Assembly: GCA_040954595.2 (NCBI GenBank)
Contig: CM082590.2
Location: 186,001-250,000 of the forward strand
Source of the DNA: Balanoglossus misakiensis
Taxonomy: Eukaryota > Animalia > Hemichordata
Length of the DNA stretch: 64,000 nucleotides
Reading direction: 5' to 3'
Every line of letters begins with the position of its first letter. The first letter of the stretch is position 1. A model generated the notes under the pieces. The model made no database searches. It saw only the letters and a program-made list of their open reading frames with translations, and had not been told where the DNA came from. This document shows, piece by piece, positions 54,706 to 64,000 of the stretch. The translations under genes were made by a program, and so were the position numbers.

Positions 54706-55579
54706 CAGTGAAACCTGGCAAAACCGACCTCACCTCGGACCACACATTCTGGTCGGTTTTCACAGTGGGTCGGTTTACTCAGAGTGGGCGTGGCTTCCTC
54801 CTCCCCATGAACCCTTTGACCCCGATCTCATACACACAGTGCACAGCAGACACACGCACGATATGTACACGTTGTACATTCATGTATATTTCAAATAAAA
54901 GGTAATTAAAAAACTTCTGTACAGTGTAATTTCTGAAAATTGTTGAAAATAAAAAAGTAAATTCAAGTTCGTTCGCGTGCTGAGTGGGTAAACAGGAAGA
55001 CGTACACGGTATTGTTACGATCGCATCAGCAGAATGTCGGGCAATTGATTTCCTGGAAACTACTGATAAGTTGTCGTAAACATCATCCAGTCTATTTTTT
55101 CTTCATAAAATTGTCGAGAGATGATTGTTTTAGGAAACATCGCTTCTGCAGTACTGTTTGATGCCGCCCTTGTCAACACTGCGTGGCCGCACTGTTGGTT
55201 GTACACTGTATTGTTTACAAAAAGAGATTCACACCTCGCCACCGGGAAGGCTTATCAGTAAATTGCTAACGAAGTGTTGACAAACCGTCGCTTTGACTAT
55301 TGTTGGGAAGACAGGAAAACCAAAATTAGCACATCGTTGCGGTAATTTTTGATCAAAGACATGATTTCAACCTTTACAATAAAGTGATCGGTCGGTCTAT
55401 TCAGGTTGAATTTGAGGGGTGGGACCGACCAACACGGTCGGTGTTCGAAGTAGACAGTGGTCGGTATTCAGAGTGACTTTTACCATTGGCGTCAATGGGA
55501 AATTTTCGGGACTAAACAGATCGGTCGATTTTCACAGGAAGTCGGTTTACCCAGGGGTCGGTTTTGCCAGGTTTCACTG
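54706..55579. mobile_element. pogo/Tigger-like MITE, 874 bp
   Basis: TA TSD at the empty site atgTAcatg. Perfect 24-bp TIR CAGTGAAACCTGGCAAAACCGACC and repeated subterminal GGTCGG motifs. No transposase ORF. Confidence 0.9.
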
Positions 55580-55718
55580 TACATGAGATCAATTACACAG
55601 TCATTATGCACGACGACCACTCCCAAATAAACAACTATACAAACACACGTTAATCCGAATCCCCGGTCTTTCTGTCTTTACTTTAATACAAGAGTATTTG
55701 ATATTTTGATATCAACAG

Positions 55719-57067
55719 ATACCAACCACCACAGCTGGCGATTTCCAACCTGTACTGGAAGGGCTGGTTGCTTTTACTTGTTGTTTCAGCATTAAACCCG
55801 GCAAACATTGGTAAGTTTCAACTATGGACTCACATTCAATCAAATTCAATGTTCATTGCTAAGACATCATTCTGTAGATAGTGTCACATCTTGTTTTCAA
55901 AATCACAGAAATGATTTGATTTCTCTCTTTCAGGCCACAAAGCATGGGAGGAGTATCCGATGTTGAAGTGTATGATGGAAATGTGTATGACAAAGTGAGT
56001 GCCTTATTATGTATATGGAACTTTGAGGGTGTCAGGGATTGTACTCAAAGAACTTGACTTAGAATTCAGTATAAATACATGTAGACGTGTCCCTGTCTGT
56101 ATACAGACAAGACTTCACTTGTCATATCATTTGCATTTATCCCTTTATTGATTTAGCTTGCCAAAATGGAGAAACAAGATATCTTGGAGTTTGAAAGTCA
56201 TTTGGCAGCAGCCTCCACTCATATGCATATTGATGAGAGCACTAGTTTGTTGCTGGCTCAGTTAACAGGAATGGATCCACAGTAAGTTTGACTTTTAATT
56301 CAGTCAACATGCGCCCAGATAAACGATTTCACGTCTAGAAATTGGAACCTAGCACATCATAAGACCTAATTCTGTATTCTGTGGATTTTTGGACTACAGC
56401 TGGAAATTCTTGAGCGATCGCAATCTGAACATACTGAAAAGCGTACAATCCGTTGGCTATACAATTTTAACGCTGTACTGCAGTAGTGGGCCGATGATGT
56501 GATTTTAATCTACGAGTTTCAAGTCTTGTGAAATAATGTGGCCTCACATATCTATAACCCAACAAAATTGCATCTGATTTTGATATTACATGACGCTCTG
56601 TTGAGATAGTCCACTGATTCAGCACATTCTCAAAAATAGTTCTGGGCACACAGTGAAAATCTGTTTCTGTATTTTCACCAGTGAAAATACAAGCTCATAT
56701 CTTCACCGTTAGAACAATAGCACAGTGGCAAATGCAGGCGTTGCATGTATGATAAATTGACAGTCTTAGGACCATCAAAAGAGCATTTATGCACAGGGAC
56801 TGTTTTGAAAGCAATGGTTCAAACAGACTTTAAAAATAAGTACCAACACATGAACACAGCTGGAATATACTGGGTTTTCAAACCCCCATTGTGGCAACCG
56901 GAATGTCTGATACCTGTCCTTGATTTCTTCCTCACAGTGGTGTTGCAAGAAGACTGCCCTCACAGGTCATGGAACAGTTGAAGAATCTCAACCAAACCTT
57001 GCAGATCGGTCATTTGCTGTGCAGAAGCTGAGGACCAGACTTCCTCCTGGATGTCATCCAACGTCAG
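55719..57067 (+). pseudogene. INTS1: INTS1 four-exon fragment, unit 15
   Basis: Same exons and TGA. A TTT>TTA change in the first exon is shared with unit 16. Confidence 0.9.
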
Positions 57068-59169
57068 GTAAAAATGTCAGCTTACAGCTGTTGAAAGCCA
57101 AAGACTCAAATTGAGCATTGTGGCTTTTTAGGTCCCATTGGGACCTTATAGGATTGGTTGCATCTGTATCTATCTATGTATGGATGTATGTCTGTCCGTC
57201 CGTCCACATCAAAAACGTGAAAACCACTGTGCATATCACCTCAATATTTTTATTTTGAGTCAACTGACCAATATTCAAATGTTGACAGAAATATTTTCCG
57301 ATTACCAACTTCCTGAGATAGAAAATCACTCAAGTTTACAGACGTACATAATAAACGATATGCAGCCTTTAAATCCTATCATTCGGTATTTTGAGAAATT
57401 ACAAAATAAAAGTTGATCCAACAATTTTAGAATGGGTGCAATATCGTGTGTACAAACATTACGTCCAATCCAAATGTTCAGCAAATTTTGCATTTGACAC
57501 ATTCAAAATAGTGGACTGCCTTTGCTTCCTTCCATATTTTATGCACAGCGTATAATCAGACTTTAGTTTTGTCCTGTCTTTTCACCCATTATTTGTTCTC
57601 TTTTCCTGATCTCCGACAGAGACTATGGTTGCCACCATCTTGTCCGTTGTTAGGACAGCATACTGCCTTATGGCACTGACTATATACAATTATTGTAACC
57701 ATAGTCTCTGGTTTGGCACATGGTAAATTTTATCAAAATTATTGCTGCGGGCCCTACATTTCCTTTGCAAAAGAATTAAAACTGCATTGTATAGCAAACG
57801 AAAATTCTGTAACTTCCCAAATCCTGATCTCAGGGTTTCAACATTTCTTGGAATTTCTTGAGTTTGTAAAATTTGCTGGAAAGTACTTGATTGTCCTACA
57901 AAATTGAAATTTGTCCTACAAAATTGAAATTTATCCTACAAAATTGATTTACCACCTGTGCTGTCTTAAAATGTCACTTGTCATAGAAAGCTTTATCAAT
58001 TACTTCTGGAGAACAGCTTTGCTGATTTTAAAAACTTGAAAACTGGTGAGAAAATTCTTGTAAACTTCTGGAATTTTATGTTTGTGAACTACTGGTATGT
58101 AACTACAATAACAGGTTTCTTTCCTTGGGATCAGCTCACTCCATAACAATATGTTTTTGTTTTGTTTTTTTACATCAGAAACTGAAGTCTTACAGACTTT
58201 CCATGAACAGGTTTCTGTCATTCAAAGAGTTTCTGTTTGGTGGCTGCACACCATAGTACCAAGAATGTTTAAAGTCAACACCAGCGACTACGTACGCAGG
58301 TAACAATTCAAGTTTGAGTTCAAAGCACTTGGAAAACATGGTTTGGTTGTACGTTGGTGAAGTTTCAAAGGCCGAGGATTGTCTTATGCACATGTGCCTA
58401 ATTTCGTGTATACAAACATTGCATCCAATCCATATGTTCTTCAAATTTTGCATTCAAAATGTGGACTGCCTTCGCTTCCTTCCATAATTCATGCACACCG
58501 TACAAGTAGACTTAAGTTTTGTCCCTTCTTTTCACCCAATTTGCTGTCTTTTCCCGATCTCTGACATAGAATATGTCGCCGCCATCTTGTCTGTTGTTAG
58601 GACAGCACACTGCCTTGTGGCATTGACTGTGTACATTTTTTGTAATCAGAGTCTCTGGTTCGGCACATGTGCATTAGATGATTGTCGCCCTTTAAACCCC
58701 GGTGAGGGGTATAAAAGACCCCCCAAATCAGTGGCGAACCTTAATGCCATTTGACTGACAACAGACAACACCAACGATCTTGGCTCTATGAAAATCGGCC
58801 CAAACAGGTCCAAGCATAAAGAATTACACCACACAACGACAGAAGTTGGCTTTATAAACACACACAGCATAAAGTTATCGACGAAAAATACACGAGCTTT
58901 TGAAACAACGATGATTTTGGGAGAAATCTGGTTTCAGTGCTTTTCAGAAGCGTCCCTGGGAAACAATAACCACGCCATTCAAACAGCTGTCAATCGCATA
59001 GAGGTGTAAAGTGTTCAATTATTTTCTATGTACATGAGATCAATTACACAGTCATTATGCACGACGACCACTCCCAAATAAACAACTATACAAACACACG
59101 TTAATCCGAATCCCCGGTCTTTCTGTCTTTACTTTAATACAAGAGTATTTGATATTTTGATATCAACAG

Positions 59170-60518
59170 ATACCAACCACCACAGCTGGCGATTTCCAAC
59201 CTGTACTGGAAGGGCTGGTTGCTTTTACTTGTTGTTTCAGCATTAAACCCGGCAAACATTGGTAAGTTTCAACTATGGACTCACATTCAATCAAATTCAA
59301 TGTTCATTGCTAAGACATCATTCTGTAGATAGTGTCACATCTTGTTTTCAAAATCACAGAAATGATTTGATTTCTCTCTTTCAGGCCACAAAGCATGGGA
59401 GGAGTATCCGATGTTAAAGTGTATGATGGAAATGTGTATGACAAAGTGAGTGCCTTATTATGTATATGGAACTTTGAGGGTGTCAGGGATTGTACTCAAA
59501 GAACTTGACTTAGAATTCAGTATAAATACATGTAGACGTGTCCCTGTCTGTATACAGACAAGACTTCACTTGTCATATCATTTGCATTTATCCCTTTATT
59601 GATTTAGCTTGCCAAAATGGAGAAACAAGATATCTTGGAGTTTGAAAGTCATTTGGCAGCAGCCTCCACTCATATGCATATTGATGAGAGCACTAGTTTG
59701 TTGCTGGCTCAGTTAACAGGAATGGATCCACAGTAAGTTTGACTTTTTATTCAGTCAACATGCGCCCAGATAAACGATTTCACGTCTAGAAATTGGAACC
59801 TAGCACATCATAAGACCTAATTCTGTATTCTGTGGATTTTTGGACTACAGCTGGAAATTCTTGAGCGATCGCAATCTGAACATACTGAAAAGCGTACAAT
59901 CCGTTGGCTATACAATTTTAACGCTGTACTGCAGTAGTGGGCCGATGATGTGATTTTAATCTACGAGTTTCAAGTCTTGTGAAATAATGTGGCCTCACAT
60001 ATCTATAACCCAACAAAATTGCATCTGATTTTGATATTACATGACGCTCTGTTGAGATAGTCCACTGATTCAGCACATTCTCAAAAATAGTTCTGGGCAC
60101 ACAGTGAAAATCTGTTTCTGTATTTTCACCAGTGAAAATACAAGCTCATATCTTCACCGTTAGAACAATAGCACAGTGGCAAATGCAGGCGTTGCATGTA
60201 TGATAAATTGACAGTCTTAGGACCATCAAAAGAGCATTTATGCACAGGGACTGTTTTGAAAGCAATGGTTCAAACAGACTTTAAAAATAAGTACCAACAC
60301 ATGAACACAGCTGGAATATACTGGGTTTTCAAACCCCCATTGTGGCAACCGGAATGTCTGATACCTGTCCTTGATTTCTTCCTCACAGTGGTGTTGCAAG
60401 AAGACTGCCCTCACAGGTCATGGAACAGTTGAAGAATCTCAACCAAACCTTGAAGATCGGTCATTTGCTGTGCAGAAGCTGAGGACCAGACTTCCTCCTG
60501 GATGTCATCCAACGTCAG
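59170..60518 (+). pseudogene. INTS1: INTS1 four-exon fragment, unit 16 (terminal partial unit)
   Basis: All four exons are present and the TGA is retained. Confidence 0.9.
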
Positions 60519-61675
60519 GTAAAAATGTCAGCTTACAGCTGTTGAAAGCCAAAGACTCAAATTGAGCATTGTGGCTTTTTAGGTCCCATTGGGACCTTAT
60601 AGGATTGGTTGCATCTGTATCTATCTATGTATGGATGTATGTCTGTCCGTCCGTCCACATCAAAAACGTGAAAACCACTGTGCATATCACCTCAATATTT
60701 TTATTTTGAGTCAACTGACCAATATTCAAATGTTGACAGAAATATTTTCCGATTACCAACTTCCTGAGATAGAAAATCACTCAAGTTTACAGACGTACAT
60801 AATAAACGATATGCAGCCTTTAAATCCTATCATTCGGTATTTTGAGAAATTGCAAAATAAAAGTTGATCCAACAATTTTAGAATGGGTGCAATATCGTGT
60901 GTACAAACATTACGTCCAATCCAAATGTTCAGCAAATTTTGCATTTGACACATTCAAAAAAGTGGACTGCCTTTGCTTCCTTCCATATTTTATGCACAGC
61001 GTATAATCAGACTTTAGTTTTGTCCTGTCTTTTCACCCATTATTTGTTCTCTTTTCCTGATCTCCGACAGAGACTATGGTTGCCACCATCTTGTCCGTTG
61101 TTAGGACAGCATACTGCCTTATGGCACTGACTATATACAATTATTGTAACCATAGTCTCTGGTTTGGCACATGGTAAATTTTATCAAAATTATTGCTGCG
61201 GGCCCTACATTTCCTTTGCAAAAGAATTAAAACTGCATTGTATAGCAAACGAAAATTCTGTAACTTCCCAAATCCTGATCTTAGGGTTTCAACATTTCTT
61301 GGAATTTCTTGAGTTTGTAAAATTTGCTGGAAAGTACTTGATTGTCCTACAAAATTGAAATTTGTCCTACAAAATTGATTTACCACCTGTGCTGTCTTAA
61401 AATGTCACTTGTCATAGAAAGCTTTATCAATTACTTCTGGAGAACAGCATTGCTGATTTTAAAAACTTGAAAACTGGTGAGAAAATTCTTGTAAACTTCT
61501 GATATTTTATGTTTGTGAACTACTGGTATGTAACTACAATAACATGTTTGTATCCTTGGGATCAGCTCACTCCATAACAATATGTTTTTGTTTTGTTTTT
61601 TACATCAGAAACTGAAGTCTTACAGACTTTCCATAAACAGGTTTCTGTCATTCAAAGAGATTCCGTTTGGTGGCT

Positions 61676-62164
61676 TCTCGCATAAACATCGAAAATGGGT
61701 CTTAACGCAAGCAATCAGGTAGATTTTAGCTCAAATTGCTAGCGACTGGAGTACTCGAGGCCAGTGACGAAGATCGAAGCACGTTTTGAGTTCGAAATCG
61801 GCAGTTTTTGGTAAGGAGACCCTTCCGATACAAATCCGCGAAGTTTCGCCAGTTTTGTTTATGGAGCTTTGCAGGGCTGTGGGTGGAGGGCTCGCGGTAA
61901 CAACACAGCCCAGCCACGCAGAGCTAGCTCCGACGCTGATTTTATTTTTAGTGCCCAAAACGTACAAGTTGCAACATTTTGAGTTGCAAAGTCGCATGCA
62001 AATACACTTTTATTTACGTAGATCAGGTCGTGTCCGGCCGTTGCTGTAGCGAGGTCAGTTCAAAGCAAGCGCTCAGAGAGCGCTCAGAGTGCGTCACTGA
62101 TGACTCTATACAAAATGTAAAAATGTGCGTCAAATGACGCAAAAACAGTCTGGCGGCAACACTG
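61676..62164. mobile_element. Possible one-ended remnant of a DNA transposon (hAT-like terminus) abutting the array end
   Basis: CpG-rich block ending in GGCGGCAACACTG, the reverse complement of CAGTGTTGCC, a common hAT-type terminus. No partner TIR or TSD is visible. Confidence 0.3.
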
Positions 62165-62354
62165 CATTTTGTCTATGCATGTTTGTGCTTCTGTCATTGC
62201 TAGTTCCAGCATCTACTACGTACAGAATGTTGAAGTAATTAGGGTGTAAAATGGTTTTCATGTTACATGCTAATTATTGATTAATAGCATGATTTTCCTG
62301 GTAAGTTGGCCAACCGAGACTGACTTCTAGAGAACCATGTGATTATTACCACAG

Positions 62355-62459
62355 GCTTGCCAGATGGAAACAGAGCCACTCACCATCAGTGCGTACATCA
62401 TGTTCCTCTCCAAATATTCTTCGACCAATCAGCTTCATGAAATGGCCGACCTTGCATTG
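62355..62459 (+). CDS. INTS1: INTS1 exon (single copy, open frame)
   Basis: acag|...|gtaaga, 105 nt: ACQMETEPLTISAYIMFLSKYSSTNQLHEMADLAL versus recalled human AIHMETDPQTISAYLIYLSQH...SDLAL. Confidence 0.88.
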
Positions 62460-62880
62460 GTAAGATGATGATTTGTGTATTTCCAGTATGAGTCGTGGAG
62501 ACCTCTGGTAGAAACAAATAAAGACATATGATTGTGAAACATACATACAGGTTCTGGGTGAGGGCTACACACAAATAGTATTAGAACAAAAACAGTTGAA
62601 AATGCAAAAGTCTGTGATCTATATATCAAACAGTATTTTCATTGGAGTATGTGCAAAAAAAAAGAGTAAGTTTATATAGAAAGTTCTAAGCATGAACCAA
62701 GTGATTTTTATTTGAATATGCTTCAATTTTCCTTTTGCATGCATAATTTTTGTGTCATTTCTACCTTAGCACAAATGATGGTGGTTGGTTTGCAGCTCAC
62801 AAATGATTATGTGTGTTGTTATTGTTGTTGTTTTGACAAACATATTTGATTTTACTTCACTGCTACCTTTCTGATTCTAG

Positions 62881-63042
62881 GATTTAGCTCAGTTGATTGT
62901 AGAAAGGCCCACCATACTCAGCTCCATGCTGTGCAGAGACACCAGTGCCGACCAGACCAACACTACACTGACATCCATGTTACATATATTCTACAATTAC
63001 TTTAAGAAAGCCACACAGCCCCATGCGGAATCTTACTCATGG
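62881..63042 (+). CDS. INTS1: INTS1 exon (single copy, open frame)
   Basis: ttctag|...|gtgagt, 162 nt: DLAQLIVERPTILSSML...HAESYSW versus recalled human DVARLVVERSTIMSHL...EVYSW. In phase with both neighbours. Confidence 0.88.
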
Positions 63043-63759
63043 GTGAGTGTCAATCAATTACTTCCAGAGCAGGTCTTCAAATCTCGTTCAACTTCTAGTT
63101 CATTGTCTTGCAAATTGTTCATGGTTCACATTTGTTGCCATGCAGTGTTTTATAAAAGTGACATGAAAAGGTAAAAAAATATATAATAATCTGTCTGTTA
63201 GCAGTTTCTCTGTCATTCTTTCATTGTGTCACTACATGTACAAAAGTTGAGACGAAAACCAGTTTTATTCTGTCGTGCCACCCACAGTCGGATTTCGTGA
63301 TATTGTCAGATTTCATGATAAAACAAGAAAAAAAAAACATTTAATAAGAGTTACATGTATAACCACTGTAACAGTAGTAAGTTTTTATTGCTGACCACTA
63401 TATGAAGCAGCAACATAATTGAGCTCAGCATGGAGATCTCAGAATGGCAGAAAAGTCAATTTTTGTAGCCAATTGAATTTCAAATTTATTCTGTGCCGAC
63501 TTTCAGCTTAATCAAGTATGACCTTAATATGGCTTCAATGTTTTCCCAAATTTTAATATAGAATGCTCCACTGTCCAGTGTTCATCCCCATTCAATGTAT
63601 ACATTGTATAGATCCAACCATACTATTGAAAATAATTGGACTGGACCAAAATATGCGGGTGAAATGTTAAAGTTCAACATACCTAATGACCAGTCGCAGA
63701 CATATTATTAGTTGTATTTTTGGTGTAACTGATAGTGAAATGGCCATCTTCTCCCACAG

Positions 63760-63871
63760 TCTGACACTGAAGACCAAGTGTTCATCCAATGGCAGAGTGG
63801 TGAAGTGGCCACCATGCATATCTTAGTGGTACACGCTATGGTCATTCTGCTAACCTTTGGAAAACCTCCAC
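63760..63871 (+). CDS. INTS1: INTS1 exon (single copy, open frame)
   Basis: cccacag|...|gtatgt, 112 nt: SDTEDQVFIQWQSGEVATMHILVVHAMVILLTFGKPP versus recalled human SESQDQVFLRWSSGETATMHILVVHAMVILLTLGPP. Confidence 0.92.
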
Positions 63872-64000
63872 GTATGTATGCAAATGGTTTTTAAGCCTTA
63901 AATGGTTCGTTGCTGCTACTTTGAGCTGCGACTTGATTGTATTTCATTAGAATTGACAGTTTGTTGACTTTTCTTCCAGCTGTCACACAATGAACAATTT

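Larger units (their letters stand above)
1..61675 (+). repeat. Tandem array (macrosatellite) of a 3451-bp unit, 15 full + 1 partial copy
   Basis: The marker ctcccaaataaacaac recurs at 1, 3452, 6903, 10356, 13807, 17258, 20709, 25421, 30137, 35539, 38990, 44391, 47842, 51293, 55620 and 59071. Spacing is 3451 bp except one +2 CA slip and five transposon insertions (+1261, +1265, +1951, +1950, +876). Similarity ends at ...tttggtggct|tctcg (61675), equivalent to unit position 2626. Confidence 0.99.

Noticed and set aside
1-61675. rDNA, 5S, snRNA, SL-RNA, tRNA or histone gene array
   Set aside because: The unit size would fit, but I recognised no such sequence on either strand. An Infernal/Rfam scan would settle this.
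1-61675. CRISPR-like array or assembly artefact
   Set aside because: There is no short repeat/unique spacer structure and the DNA has spliceosomal introns. Unit-specific SNPs and TSD-flanked insertions argue against artefactual duplication.
63980-64000. Next INTS1 exon after the acceptor ttcttccag
   Set aside because: Only 21 nt are visible. Joined in phase 1 it reads into a TGA, while the plausible reading (LSHNEQF) needs phase 0, so it cannot be called here.

Overview
Animal (probably invertebrate) genomic DNA. Positions 1..61675 are a macrosatellite-like tandem array of a 3451-bp unit: 15 full units plus 1 partial, with few differences between units, and the array probably continues left of the window. 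The short ORFs in the ORF track that fall in the unit look spurious. Splicing the unit by hand instead gives four GT-AG exons of Integrator complex subunit 1 (INTS1). One intervening INTS1 exon is missing and the fourth exon carries an in-frame TGA in every copy. Three further INTS1 exons with no stops follow the array on the same strand (62355..63871), so the array lies in or against an INTS1 locus. Five young DNA-transposon insertions from four families interrupt single units, and the empty units give exact ends and target-site duplications (TSDs). The families are a 1259-bp TA-flanked element with asymmetric ends, a 1263-bp CCC..GGG EnSpm-like element, an 874-bp pogo/Tigger-like MITE, and two copies of a 1.95-kb Tc1/mariner-like element. 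The 1.95-kb element has 350-bp terminal inverted repeats (TIRs) and carries two divergent ORFs, a Pax paired-domain-like protein and a SAM-like protein. Protein identifications come from recalled sequences and motifs, not database searches.
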